DNA of 64,000 nt, taken from positions 25,584 to 89,583 of the forward strand of contig JAFXEX010000002.1 in NCBI GenBank assembly GCA_017520825.1, in the 5' to 3' direction. This DNA is from Clostridia bacterium. Lineage in GTDB: Bacteria > Bacillota > Clostridia > Oscillospirales > SIG627. A program made the translations under genes and the position numbers. The notes beneath the pieces are model-generated. The model saw only the letters and a program-made list of their open reading frames with translations, made no database searches and had not been told where the DNA came from. Shown in pieces: positions 46,533 to 56,660 of the stretch (the stretch's first letter is position 1; every line of letters begins with the position of its first letter).

Positions 46533-47044
46533 TGAAAAACACAAAGCAACTCACGCTCACTGCCCTGTTATGTGCCGTGGCATTGGTACTGTCCTTTATA
46601 GAGGGAAGCTTCGTTTTTATTCCTCAATGCCCCGGAGTAAAGGTGGGACTGTCCAACGTAGCAGTTATGTTTGCGCTATTTTTTATAGGCAAAAAAACAG
46701 CCTTCTCCATAAGTCTGCTGAAATCCCTTTTTGCCCTTCTCACAAGAGGCGCTATGGCAGGACTGTTAAGTCTTTCGGGTGGTATTGCCTCAATTTGCGT
46801 GATGATTATTCTGTCCTGCGTCTTCAAGGGTGTGTCCGTCGCATGTATCAGTGTGTTTGCTGCACTCACCCATAATCTTGCGCAGTTTGCAGTAATCAGT
46901 ATCGTCTATGCCCCCACGTCAATGCTCCCCTATCTTCCGTTACTGATTGTGTCGGGTACCGTCTTTGGTGTGGCAAACGCAATCTTTCTTCACGCCGTAA
47001 GACCTGCGCTATCAAAGTTTAACAGCAACAGAGGAAGCAAATGA
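46532..47044 (+). CDS. Gx transporter family protein (heptaprenyl diphosphate synthase component I-like, PF07456)
   Basis: 5 TM helices and a PGVKVGLSNVAVM block; its ATG overlaps the upstream TGA. Confidence 0.75.
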   Translation: MKNTKQLTLTALLCAVALVLSFIEGSFVFIPQCPGVKVGLSNVAVMFALFFIGKKTAFSISLLKSLFALLTRGAMAGLLSLSGGIASICVMIILSCVFKGVSVACISVFAALTHNLAQFAVISIVYAPTSMLPYLPLLIVSGTVFGVANAIFLHAVRPALSKFNSNRGSK

Positions 47045-48018
47045 AAAAAATATTATTTATCATACCCTTGTTTTTAAGCCTTGCCCTTGTTTCATGCTCA
47101 CCAACAAGATACAACACTCAACTTTTCGGATATTTTGATACCGTTGTATCGGTTGACGGATACTTTGAGTCAAAGGGTGAATTTGAACGGGCTTGTGAGC
47201 TTGTGAAAGAGACCTTGAAGGAATACGACGCTATATTCGACATATACACCGACGGCGAGCTGAAGCATCTGAACGATACAAAAAAAGCCGAGGTAAGTCT
47301 CGAGCTGGCAAATGCCATTGCCTTCGGAATAAAGGCAGAAAAGGCAACGAAGGGTTACTGTAATATCGCAATGGGCTCGGTACTGTCTCTGTGGCACCAA
47401 GCGAGAGAGGCTGACGTGCCCTATCTGCCAGACAGAGCAAAGCTTGAAGAAGCTGCAAGGCACACGGATGTTTCCGGCCTTTCCTATAGTGCCTACAACG
47501 CTGACAAAATAGAAATAACTCTGACGGACAAAGAAACGTCGTTGGATATGGGTGCAATAGCAAAGGGCATTGTATCGGACGTTTTAAGAGAACGGCTGGT
47601 TGATGCAGGCTTTGACAATATGTACGTCAATATGGGTGGCAACGTTGTGACAATCGGCAACAAGGACGGCGAGGGGTGGAACGTAGGAATTCAGGACCCT
47701 GCCAACGAAGCAGGCATCGTTGAAGCCGTAAAGGTAACCGACTCCTGCCTTGTGACGAGTGGCTCCTATCAAAGATATTTTGAATATGACGGAAAGCGTT
47801 ATCATCATATTATCTCACCCGACACTCTTTATCCCTCCGACAAGTATTTGTCGGTATCGGTGCTTTACGAAAACGGCGCGTGGGCTGACGCCTTATCCAC
47901 GGCTTTGTTTAATATGGATGTTGATGAGGGCAAGGCTGTGCTTGAGCAGTTTGACAATATAGGCGTTATGTGGATAACCACCGACAACGAATATATTTAC
48001 TACGGTACTTTAGAATAA
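47041..48018 (+). CDS. apbE: FAD:protein FMN transferase (ApbE) lipoprotein
   Basis: Lipobox LVSCS plus GAIAKG, SGSYQRYFEYDGKRYHHIISP and TALF motifs; ATGA overlap with the upstream gene. Confidence 0.9.
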   Translation: MKKILFIIPLFLSLALVSCSPTRYNTQLFGYFDTVVSVDGYFESKGEFERACELVKETLKEYDAIFDIYTDGELKHLNDTKKAEVSLELANAIAFGIKAEKATKGYCNIAMGSVLSLWHQAREADVPYLPDRAKLEEAARHTDVSGLSYSAYNADKIEITLTDKETSLDMGAIAKGIVSDVLRERLVDAGFDNMYVNMGGNVVTIGNKDGEGWNVGIQDPANEAGIVEAVKVTDSCLVTSGSYQRYFEYDGKRYHHIISPDTLYPSDKYLSVSVLYENGAWADALSTALFNMDVDEGKAVLEQFDNIGVMWITTDNEYIYYGTLE

Positions 48019-48022
48019 AACG

Positions 48023-48045
48023 GGAAGGCTCTTTTTGAGCCTTCC
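48023..48045. terminator. Bidirectional terminator (apbE / murC)
   Basis: GGAAGGCTC-ttttt-GAGCCTTCC. Confidence 0.6.
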
Positions 48046-48054
48046 TGATTTGTT

Positions 48055-49413
48055 TTAGATATTCAGATTTATTATATCCCCTGCGCCCATTATAATCAGC
48101 AAGTCGTCTTCCCTGAGCGTCCTTCTGACGTAGTCTGCAATTTCCTCAAAGCCTCCTACGTACTTTCCGTTTTCAACGGCGTCGGCAAGGTTCTTGGACG
48201 AAATGCCGTAGGTATTCTTTTCCCTTGCCGCATAAATATCGGCAAAAATTACCTCGTAGCAATCCTTAAAGGAGGCTGCAAAAGCGTGAAACAGGTCGTG
48301 CGTGCGTGAATAGGTGTGAGGCTGATAAACAACGAATACACGGCTTTTTTCAAGGAGTCTTGCCGTTGAAAGAGTTGCCCTTATTTCATCGGGGTGATGA
48401 GCGTAATCATCAAATATCTGGGCTCCGTTATATTCGCCTCTGTATTGAAAGCGCCGTCCCACACCTCTGAAGGCTTCAAGTCCCCTCTTTATACTGTCTG
48501 CGTCAATCCCCGAAAGGTAGGAAGCGCCAATTGCCGCAAGGGCGTTGCTCACCTGAAATTCTCCGGGTACGGAAAGCTTAATATGTGCAAGGAGCTTTTG
48601 GTTAACGTATGCATCAAATTCTGCAAAGCCCTTTACAAGCTTAATATTCTTGGCAAAGAAGTCTGCGTTTTCATCCTTTACCGAATAGTAAAACGCCTCG
48701 CCTCCGTATTTTTGGGATGACTCAACTGCGTTTTCATTATCGGCGCATACAACTGCCATATCCGAAATACTCATAAATTCCGTATAAGAGTGCTTCATCT
48801 GGTCAAGACTTAAAAAGTAATCGGTATGGTCAAGCTCAACGTTTAAAACTACGGATATGGTAGGAGCGAAGGAAAGAAAGGAGTCTTTATATTCGCAGGC
48901 TTCAAAAATGAAAGAGCTCTTGCCACCGATTTTCAAGCCCGAATTGATAGACGGCAGGTCTGCCCCTATCATAATGGTTGGGTCGGTATTTGCCGCCAAA
49001 TGTATTTCGGAAATCATACCCGTTGTGGTAGACTTTCCGTGTGTTCCCGAAACGCCTATTCTCGTCTTATAGCATTTCATCAGCTCGCCCAGAAAGGGAG
49101 CTCGTACAACGCACGGAATATTCTTTTTCTTTGCAAGCGTAATAATTGGGTTATCCTCTTTTATCGCAGCAGTATAGACTACAAGCCCTACCTCCGATAA
49201 GGACGGTATTTCGTCACCGTATACTACCTTTATTCCCTGACCTTCGACAAGGTCCGTATACTTACCGTGACGCTCGTCGTAGCCCGAAACTCTGTAGCCC
49301 ATATCCAGAAGTAAAAGAGCGATAGAAGACATACTTACGCCACCGATACCGAGAATAAGACAAACCTTATCCGAAATTTGGGCGTCATAGCAGAATTTAC
49401 TTTTTGTTAACAT
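48055..49413 (-). CDS. murC: UDP-N-acetylmuramate--L-alanine ligase
   Basis: GIGGVSMSS and GTHGKSTTT motifs; ATG at 49413 after GGAAGGTG. Confidence 0.9.
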   Translation of the reverse strand: MLTKSKFCYDAQISDKVCLILGIGGVSMSSIALLLLDMGYRVSGYDERHGKYTDLVEGQGIKVVYGDEIPSLSEVGLVVYTAAIKEDNPIITLAKKKNIPCVVRAPFLGELMKCYKTRIGVSGTHGKSTTTGMISEIHLAANTDPTIMIGADLPSINSGLKIGGKSSFIFEACEYKDSFLSFAPTISVVLNVELDHTDYFLSLDQMKHSYTEFMSISDMAVVCADNENAVESSQKYGGEAFYYSVKDENADFFAKNIKLVKGFAEFDAYVNQKLLAHIKLSVPGEFQVSNALAAIGASYLSGIDADSIKRGLEAFRGVGRRFQYRGEYNGAQIFDDYAHHPDEIRATLSTARLLEKSRVFVVYQPHTYSRTHDLFHAFAASFKDCYEVIFADIYAAREKNTYGISSKNLADAVENGKYVGGFEEIADYVRRTLREDDLLIIMGAGDIINLNI

Positions 49414-49497
49414 CTTCGCACCTTCCATGTAATAATATGTATATAAAATCAAACTATGCTTTTTAGGAGTAAAAATACAACCGAAAAGGAGTCAATT

Positions 49498-49764
49498 ATG
49501 CAAATTACAGACATCAAAATCAGAAAAACCTTTGAAGAAGGACCTCTCAAAGCAGTTGTATCTCTTACTTTCGACGCTCAGCTTGCAGTACACGACATCA
49601 AGGTAATTTACGCTAATGACAGATACTTCATTGTAATGCCCAGTCGTAAAAACGGAGATGGAACTTACCGTGACATCGCTCATCCCATAAATGCGGAATT
49701 CAGAGTGATGGTAGAAGAAGCAGTTCTCGCAGCATATCAGGAAGAGCTTGCAAAAGCAGAGTAA
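49498..49764 (+). CDS. spoVG: Septation protein SpoVG
   Basis: MQITDIKIRKTFEEGPLKAVVSLTFD...FIVMPSRK, canonical; AAAGGAG RBS. Confidence 0.9.
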   Translation: MQITDIKIRKTFEEGPLKAVVSLTFDAQLAVHDIKVIYANDRYFIVMPSRKNGDGTYRDIAHPINAEFRVMVEEAVLAAYQEELAKAE

Positions 49765-49791
49765 GGCTTCTTACGAAAATTCATTAGAACA

Positions 49792-49818
49792 AAAAGGAGA
49801 GCGTGTAGCTCTCCTTTT
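49792..49818. terminator. Bidirectional terminator (spoVG / MATE)
   Basis: AAAAGGAGAGC-gtgta-GCTCTCCTTTT followed by GTTTT. Confidence 0.65.
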
Positions 49819-49885
49819 GTTTTATTCCTTTGGAGAACGGCTAATATATTTTAACACCATTTCTCCAAAATGTCTATACCTTAAT

Positions 49886-51214
49886 TCAGTAATTATATTT
49901 TTTCCCTTTGACTGCAAGGAAAAGGAGCGTCATCATTACTGTCATAATTTCGGCTGCTACAACAGACAGCCATATTCCGTCAAGCTCCCATATGAGAGGA
50001 AAGACTATAATTGCAATAATCTGAAACAAAAGAGTCCTCAGAAAAGAGATAAGAGCCGAGGTCAAGCCGTCGTTGAGGGCTGTGAAAAAGGCTGATCCGA
50101 ATATAGCAATTCCCGAAAACAAAAACGAAAATGAATAAATCAAAAAGCCTCTTACCGTTATTTCAAAAAGCTCTCGGTCGTATTCAACGAATATAGCAGA
50201 AAGTGGCTTTGCCAAAAGCTCTGCAAATATAAACATTGCCACCGAGGAAATGAGAATAATAACAAAGCTCCTTTTTAAAAGTCCTTTAAGCTCACCGTTG
50301 TTTTTTGCTCCGAAATGAAAGCTGACCACAGGCGCAATTCCCGTGGAAAAGCCGATGAAAATTGCAAGGAATATCATATTTACGTACATTATGACGCCGT
50401 ATGCAGCTACTCCGTTTTCACCCGCGTATTTCAAAAGCTGAACGTTGTAAAGCATACCCACCAGGGACATTGAAATGTTACTCATAAGCTCTGACGAGCC
50501 GTTTACACAGGCACGGGTAAGCGCCCTTGAGTCAAATCCTGCTTTCACAAAACGTAAAAGGCTGGTGTTCGGTCTTGAAAAATACACGAGTGGTATAACG
50601 CCACTGAGTACCTGGCTCAATGCAGTAGCAGCTGAAGCACCTGCTATCCCCCATCTGAACACTGCCATAAACAATGCGTCAAGAATCATATTGGTTATTC
50701 CCGACGCCAAGGTGACGTAAAGTCCCATTTGTGGTTTTTCGGCAACTATAAAGAAGCTTTGAAATTCAAATTGAAGAATAAAAAACGGAAGGGCACAAAG
50801 AATTATTCTACCGTATAGCACTGCATCGTCAAGCATCTGTCCTTCTGCTCCCAAAAGCTCTGCCAGAGGTCTTAAAAAAATAAAGCTTACAACGGCAAGG
50901 ACAATTCCCAATACGATAGAAACGTATACGAAAAAAGAAAACAAACGGTTTGCTTTTTCGTTTTTACCCTCTCCAAGCGTTTTGGCAATAAGAGCACCAC
51001 CACCCGTGCCGAACATAAAGCCGAGAGTTCCAAGTATCATAAGAACGGGCATTATGAAATTAACGGCGGCAAAGGGTGTCTTCCCTACAAAGTTGGAAAC
51101 GAAAAAGCCGTCCACCACTCCGTATATAGAGGTAAAAACCATCATAGCTATTGACGGCAGGGTAAAGAGTATCATTTTTTTGTAATCGAAGTGTTCCGAA
51201 AGCTTTATATTCAT
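49886..51214 (-). CDS. MATE family efflux transporter
   Basis: 442 aa, 12 TM helices, typical MATE N-terminus (LPSIAMMVFTSIYGVVDGFFV). Confidence 0.85.
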   Translation of the reverse strand: MNIKLSEHFDYKKMILFTLPSIAMMVFTSIYGVVDGFFVSNFVGKTPFAAVNFIMPVLMILGTLGFMFGTGGGALIAKTLGEGKNEKANRLFSFFVYVSIVLGIVLAVVSFIFLRPLAELLGAEGQMLDDAVLYGRIILCALPFFILQFEFQSFFIVAEKPQMGLYVTLASGITNMILDALFMAVFRWGIAGASAATALSQVLSGVIPLVYFSRPNTSLLRFVKAGFDSRALTRACVNGSSELMSNISMSLVGMLYNVQLLKYAGENGVAAYGVIMYVNMIFLAIFIGFSTGIAPVVSFHFGAKNNGELKGLLKRSFVIILISSVAMFIFAELLAKPLSAIFVEYDRELFEITVRGFLIYSFSFLFSGIAIFGSAFFTALNDGLTSALISFLRTLLFQIIAIIVFPLIWELDGIWLSVVAAEIMTVMMTLLFLAVKGKKYNY

Positions 51215-51283
51215 ACCATAATCCTTTAAGTATTCATTATGCCGAATTATAGCTCATACTTAACGAAAAGTCAAGTACAAAGG

Positions 51284-51313
51284 AACAAGCAAGCTCCGTA
51301 AAGCTTGCTTGTT
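51284..51313. terminator. Hairpin after rnfB (weak U-tract on the minus strand)
   Basis: AACAAGCAAGCT-ccgtaa-AGCTTGCTTGTT. The T-run is good only on the plus strand. Confidence 0.4.
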
Positions 51314-51317
51314 TTTA

Positions 51318-52169
51318 TTACGCTTGTTCTTCAACAACAGGCTCTTCCTTTTTTGCACCGGGGTGAACGCTTGACGACCAGATAATGTGTCTGGGACAAA
51401 CATCAAAGCATTTTCCACAATTGGTGCAGAGAGAATAGTCAATTCTCGCAAGATTGTCTACCACCTTGATAGCGCCCGTAGGACAGCCCTTTTCACAAAG
51501 CTTACATCCTATACAACCGATTTCACACCATTTTTTAGTGGAAGCTCCCTTTTCGGTACACTTACAGCCTACCCAATATTCAGCTTCAAAGGGGATAAGA
51601 CTTATAAGTCCCTTTGGGCAGGCAGAAACGCAAGCACCACAAGCCTGACATTTGTGATAATCAACTGCTGCAACACCGTTTATTACAGTGAGCGCTCCGA
51701 ATTTGCAGGCTTCAACGCACGTACCGAAGCCCATACAACCGTTGGGGCAGAGCTTGTGACCACCTGCAAGCTTCGTTGCAGCTATGCAGTCGTGCACTCC
51801 CTCATACTCATATTTGTGCTTTGCAAGGTCAGACGTGCCACTACACATTACCTGCGCACGCATACGAACCTGCTTTTCAGCTTCAATTCCCATTATTCCG
51901 GCAATTTTCTTAATTGCTTCGGGACTTGCAACGGCGCACTTTGAAGGGTTCGCCTCCCCTTTTACGATAGCGTCAGCCATTGCTGCACAGCCTGCGTATC
52001 CACAGCCACCACAGTTTGCCGACGGAAGTGCATCCGTAATTTCCTCGATACGAGGGTCTTCCTTTACCTTCAAAAATTTTGCAGCAAAGGAAAGGGCTAT
52101 TCCCAGCGCGCCACTGATAACCAAAAACCAAACGGCTGCGAGAATTATATTTCCTATATATTCACTCAT
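51318..52169 (-). CDS. rnfB: Rnf complex subunit B (polyferredoxin)
   Basis: N-terminal TM helix, CGGCGYAGC cluster, several CxxCxxCxxxCP motifs. Confidence 0.9.
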   Translation of the reverse strand: MSEYIGNIILAAVWFLVISGALGIALSFAAKFLKVKEDPRIEEITDALPSANCGGCGYAGCAAMADAIVKGEANPSKCAVASPEAIKKIAGIMGIEAEKQVRMRAQVMCSGTSDLAKHKYEYEGVHDCIAATKLAGGHKLCPNGCMGFGTCVEACKFGALTVINGVAAVDYHKCQACGACVSACPKGLISLIPFEAEYWVGCKCTEKGASTKKWCEIGCIGCKLCEKGCPTGAIKVVDNLARIDYSLCTNCGKCFDVCPRHIIWSSSVHPGAKKEEPVVEEQA

Positions 52170-52184
52170 TGTTTTTCCCTCCCT

Positions 52185-52763
52185 TTATAAGCTGATTCCC
52201 GAAAAGCCCGAGAATGCCATAGCGATAAGTCCTGCCGATACCAGCAATATGGGCAAGCCCTTAAAGGCTTCGGGAGGATTGGAAAATCTGAGTCTTTCTC
52301 TTACTCCTGCAAAGACCAGAAGCGCCACAGTAAAGCCAATTGCCGCCGAAAGCCCGAAAACAACCGATTCTACAAAGCTGAAGCCGTTCTGAATATTGAG
52401 GAGAGCTGCACCGAGTACGGCACAGTTAGTTGTAATAAGAGGGAGATATATACCAAGTGCCTGATAGAGAGACGGAACAAACTTTTTCAGGAACATCTCA
52501 ATTATCTGCACAAGGGCTGCGATAATCAGGATAAATGCGATTGTTTTTATGTATTCAAGTCCCGAGGGAACGAGAATAAATTTGTATACCAGCCATGTCA
52601 GAGCAGAGGAAATGGTCATAACGAACATTACTGCAAAGCCCATACCTGCTGCTGTTGACGGTTTTTCTGAAACTCCAAGAAAAGGACATATACCAAGGAA
52701 GCGAGAGAAGATGAAGTTTTCAGTAATAATTGCCGCAAAGGCGATAAGAAGTATTTCTTTCAT
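52185..52763 (-). CDS. rnfA: Rnf complex subunit A
   Basis: 192-aa 6-TM protein, RnfA/NqrE-like (NFIFSRFLGICPFLGVS). Confidence 0.9.
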   Translation of the reverse strand: MKEILLIAFAAIITENFIFSRFLGICPFLGVSEKPSTAAGMGFAVMFVMTISSALTWLVYKFILVPSGLEYIKTIAFILIIAALVQIIEMFLKKFVPSLYQALGIYLPLITTNCAVLGAALLNIQNGFSFVESVVFGLSAAIGFTVALLVFAGVRERLRFSNPPEAFKGLPILLVSAGLIAMAFSGFSGISL

Positions 52764-52764
52764 A

Positions 52765-53391
52765 TTACTCTACCTCCTTTTTCTCGGCACGTTTCTTTAT
52801 AACTGAAAGAATTTTGTTCATTCCCGCAATAACGAGGGCGAGAGTAAAGAATGCGCCTGCCGACATTACGAACATAAGTGACGGCTCAAAGGATTCGGGC
52901 GTTACCTTGTAACCCATAAGCGTTCCCGAGCCGAGAACCTCACGGATAGCAGATACAACCACCAAAGCCAGAGTAAATCCTGCTCCCATTGACAGTCCGT
53001 CAAGCACTGCGAGGGCAGGCTTATTTTTGGAAGCAAAGGATTCTGCACGGGAAAGAATTATACAGTTTACAACTATCAGAGGGATGAAAACGCCCAGAGA
53101 TTTATTGATTTCGGGCAGAAAAGCCTTTATGAGAAGCTCTACTGCCGTAACGAAGCCTGAAATAACAACGATGTAAGAAGCAATTCTCACTTCCTTGGGA
53201 ATAAAGTTTCTGAGAAGCGAGATGAAAAGGTTGGAGCAGACCAGCACTGCCGTAGTGGAAAGTCCCATTGCCACGCCGTTTGAAACCGAAGTGGTTACTG
53301 CCAGAGTAGCACAAGTACCGAGAAGCTGAACGAGGATCGGGTTTTTATCAAATAAACCGTCGGTTATTATCTTTTTTGTTTCCTTCGACAT
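52765..53391 (-). CDS. rnfE: Rnf complex subunit E
   Basis: NPILVQLLGTCATLAVT, RnfE/NqrD-like. Confidence 0.9.
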   Translation of the reverse strand: MSKETKKIITDGLFDKNPILVQLLGTCATLAVTTSVSNGVAMGLSTTAVLVCSNLFISLLRNFIPKEVRIASYIVVISGFVTAVELLIKAFLPEINKSLGVFIPLIVVNCIILSRAESFASKNKPALAVLDGLSMGAGFTLALVVVSAIREVLGSGTLMGYKVTPESFEPSLMFVMSAGAFFTLALVIAGMNKILSVIKKRAEKKEVE

Positions 53392-53934
53392 TTATTTCCC
53401 CTCCTTCAGAATTACTTCAACGGTATTTACCGCACTCTTTATACCCTGTCTGACTGCCTTTGAGCTTATGGTAGCTCCCGTTATGGTGTCAACGCCGTCA
53501 ATTTCGCCAAGTGACAAGCCTCCGTATTTTTCAAGGTTGGTCTTGTCGGTAGCCTTAGTGCCTACGCCCGGGGTTTCAGACGCCGACAACAACGCCACGT
53601 TTACTACCTTGGCTTCCGTGTCGGTTCCGACGATAAGACCTATTTCACCCTTAAAGCCTATGGGAGCTATGTCGGCGTAGTAGCCGATTATCTTTCCGTC
53701 GGCATCAAGAACCCATCCTGCGTCGCTAACGCTTGCGTCAAAAAGAGAGGAGTCAGCCGACTCAAAGGAAGCGCACTCAGGAAATATTCCTTTGATTGCG
53801 TTTTCCTTTTCTATAATGGTATTCAAAACTATTCTTTCTGCAGTTACTGAATTGACGAAAGCTAAAATCAAGGCAATTATAACGCTGATAACAGTCAGAG
53901 GAAGGGCCGGCTTTAAAAATTTAAGCTTTTGCAT
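53392..53934 (-). CDS. rnfG: Rnf complex subunit G (FMN-binding)
   Basis: FMN_bind domain with the flavinylation motif DTITGATISS (TGAT at aa 152-155). Confidence 0.9.
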   Translation of the reverse strand: MQKLKFLKPALPLTVISVIIALILAFVNSVTAERIVLNTIIEKENAIKGIFPECASFESADSSLFDASVSDAGWVLDADGKIIGYYADIAPIGFKGEIGLIVGTDTEAKVVNVALLSASETPGVGTKATDKTNLEKYGGLSLGEIDGVDTITGATISSKAVRQGIKSAVNTVEVILKEGK

Positions 53935-54895
53935 TTCTTATTCCTCCGAATTTTCTGGGTTTTGTTGCTCGGTCAAGGTACCAAACGAAAAGGTTCATAA
54001 TAAGTATCGCAAAGGATACGCCCTCGGGATAACCACCGAAGAATCTGATGAACACGGTAAGGGCACCACAACCGATTCCGTAAATTAAACGTCCTTTTGC
54101 CGTGACGGGAGAGGTAACGTAGTCGGTTGCCATAAACACGGCGCCAAGCATTACGCCTCCACTGAACAGCTCAGCCATCATAAAGCTGAGATTGCTTACT
54201 CCATCGGGAGCAAAGGCAAAGGTGAGAAGGGCAACAGTAGCAATGAAAGCCACGGGGATTTGCCAGGTAATAACCTTTCTCACAAGAAGGTATATACCCC
54301 CTGCAAGAATGAGCATAGCAGAAACCTCACCGATACAACCTGCCATATTTCCGATAAAGAGGTCGAATATATCCTCTGAGGGAAGAGCACCGTTTTTAAG
54401 CTCGGTAAGAGTTGTTGCCGAAGAAACGGCGTCTATCTTACCAAAGGCTGAAAGCCTTTCAAGAGGTGCGCTGTAGGTGGTCATATGTGAGGGCCACGAG
54501 CCAAACAAAAATGCTCTTGCTGCAAGAACGGGGTTCATGAAATTCTTGCCAAGTCCACCGAAAAGTCCCTTTACCACTACCATTGCGAAAAATGCGCCGA
54601 TAACGGGTATCCAAAGGGGAATGGTGGCAGGAAGATTGAACGCCAGAAGCATACCACTTACTACTGCCGACAAATCGCCGACAGGTATTTTCTTTTTAAG
54701 TATGAGATTAAACAGCGCCTCAAAAACAACGCAGGACACTATGGATACGGCAGTAATCGTAAGTACTCTTAAGCCGAACACGTATGCGCCCCATATGAGC
54801 AGGGGTATCATTGCAAGAATTACGTCGCTCATAAGAACTCTCGTCGTATCCTCGTGTCTGATATGAGGTGAGGCAGAAACCTTTAAAAGTCCCAT
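53921..54895 (-). CDS. rnfD: Rnf complex subunit D
   Basis: SPHIRHEDTT start, 8-10 TM helices, DAVSSATTL flavinylation-type motif. Confidence 0.9.
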   Translation of the reverse strand: MGLLKVSASPHIRHEDTTRVLMSDVILAMIPLLIWGAYVFGLRVLTITAVSIVSCVVFEALFNLILKKKIPVGDLSAVVSGMLLAFNLPATIPLWIPVIGAFFAMVVVKGLFGGLGKNFMNPVLAARAFLFGSWPSHMTTYSAPLERLSAFGKIDAVSSATTLTELKNGALPSEDIFDLFIGNMAGCIGEVSAMLILAGGIYLLVRKVITWQIPVAFIATVALLTFAFAPDGVSNLSFMMAELFSGGVMLGAVFMATDYVTSPVTAKGRLIYGIGCGALTVFIRFFGGYPEGVSFAILIMNLFVWYLDRATKPRKFGGIRNAKA

Positions 54896-54916
54896 TGATT
54901 TATATCCTTTCTGAAT

Positions 54917-56215
54917 TTACTTTCTAAGCTTTCCCTTCGCCGTTCTGATGTACTGGACGATAGGAACGTTTCCGGGGCATTGATAGGTGCAGCATCCACA
55001 TTCAACGCAGCTTAACACGTCGAACTCACGGCAAGACTCCCAATCTCCCTGCTTTGCAAAGGATGCAAGGTAGAGAGGCATAAGGTGCATGGGACAAGAG
55101 CCAACGCATTTTCCACAATGAATGCAGTTTTCAGAAGGCTGAGTCTTATTTTTCTTGCCGAAGCAGAGAATTGAAGCCGTACCCTTAATGACGGGGGCAG
55201 TCTCATCCCATTGAGCCATACCCATCATAGGACCGCCACTTATTATTTTTTCTATCTCACCGGTATAACCACCACAGTAGGATATTATATCTGAAATTGA
55301 CGTACCGAGAGGAACTATCAGATTTTTGGGCTGAGCAACGCAGTCGCCCGTTACGGTCATCACTCTGTCTACCAGAGGAATTCCGTCGTGGAAGGCTCTC
55401 CAGATGGCAGCCGAGGTTTCGGCGTTGAGAACTATTCTTCCAACGTCAGCAGGAAGCTTACCCGTGGGTATTTCAATTTTATCGATAGCGTAAATAAGCT
55501 GACGCTCGTCACCCTGGGGATATTTGGTTTTGAGTACCTTTATGTCGATACCGTTCTCGTTACCAACCTTCTCCTGCATTACCTTTATTGCATCCTTTTT
55601 GTTGTCCTCGATTGCAATATGACAGGCTTTAAGGTCAAGCGCCTTCATAACCACCTTTACGCCGTTGATAATATCCTCGGGCTTTTCAAGCATAAGACGG
55701 TGGTTTGCCGTTATGTAAGGCTCACATTCGCAACAGTTGATAATAAGCTTTTCACCCTTGCCCTTGGCAGAGGCTACCTTAAAATGAGTCGGGAAGGTAG
55801 CGCCACCCAATCCGGCTATACCTGCTGATTTAATTATTTCAACAATCTCGTCGAAGGTAGATTCCTCAAGAGATTTGGAGTTAGGCTTTATTTCGGGAAG
55901 CAATTCCGATTTGAAGTCGTTTTCGATTACCACGTGAGTAACCTTTTGTCCAAACGCACCAACTCTGTCCTCGATACCGATGACAGTACCTGATATACTT
56001 GAATGGACGGGACAGGTAAGTCCCCCCTGCCCTTCTCCCACAGTCTGACCCTTATAAACGTAGTCACCTTTTTTAACCGTGGGTATGCAAGGCGCGCCTA
56101 TGTGCTGTGACATTGCAATGGCTACCGTTGCAGGTTCTGGCATTACTTCAATCGGGGATTTTGCCGTTATCTTATTCTCCTCGGGGTGAAGTCCGCCTTT
56201 GAAAGTTAATGACAA
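54917..56215 (-). CDS. rnfC: Rnf complex subunit C
   Basis: SLTFKGGLHP N-terminus and two 4Fe-4S motifs (CIHCGKCVGSCP, CVECGCCTYQCP). TTG at 56215 lies 6 nt after AAGGAGTG. Alternatives are ATG at 56236 or the track TTG at 56305. Confidence 0.85.
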   Translation of the reverse strand: MSLTFKGGLHPEENKITAKSPIEVMPEPATVAIAMSQHIGAPCIPTVKKGDYVYKGQTVGEGQGGLTCPVHSSISGTVIGIEDRVGAFGQKVTHVVIENDFKSELLPEIKPNSKSLEESTFDEIVEIIKSAGIAGLGGATFPTHFKVASAKGKGEKLIINCCECEPYITANHRLMLEKPEDIINGVKVVMKALDLKACHIAIEDNKKDAIKVMQEKVGNENGIDIKVLKTKYPQGDERQLIYAIDKIEIPTGKLPADVGRIVLNAETSAAIWRAFHDGIPLVDRVMTVTGDCVAQPKNLIVPLGTSISDIISYCGGYTGEIEKIISGGPMMGMAQWDETAPVIKGTASILCFGKKNKTQPSENCIHCGKCVGSCPMHLMPLYLASFAKQGDWESCREFDVLSCVECGCCTYQCPGNVPIVQYIRTAKGKLRK

Positions 56216-56660
56216 TTTTATCACACTCCTTTGCATTCGCGTATATTTTACCACTTTTCCGAGGATATTGCAACACCAAAATTCAATGTTTTTCAATTTT
56301 TTCAAATTTTATTAAAGGTCTGTTTCCCTTGATAATTTTTTAACAAAGTTTTTCTCGAAAAAATACCTTATTTTTAGGCATAAAACCGTTTTGTTAAAAA
56401 ATGCGTATCTCGAATAAAATTTGTCGCAAAACCGTAAAATTTTTTAATTTTTTTCGACGGTCAAAATTATTGCAAAAATGAATATATATGCACAAATGGT
56501 ATAAATATTCGTTGAATTAATGTACAAAAGTACATAATTTTTTTCAGTAGTTTGGGTAATAATGAATAAATTTTTTATTTTTTTAAAAAAAGGTTGATTT
56601 TTATACAAAATGATGTATAATTTTGTTGTCAGAAAATAAATTTTAAGGAGAATGACAAAA

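Noticed and set aside
51387-52392. 185-aa and 202-aa plus-strand ORFs
   Set aside because: They lie antisense to rnfB and rnfA.
56520-56535. Palindrome ATGTAC-aaaa-GTACAT upstream of the amino-acid ABC operon
   Set aside because: It is a 6-bp inverted repeat in very AT-rich DNA, so it is expected by chance, and there is no linked regulator. It is too weak to call an operator.
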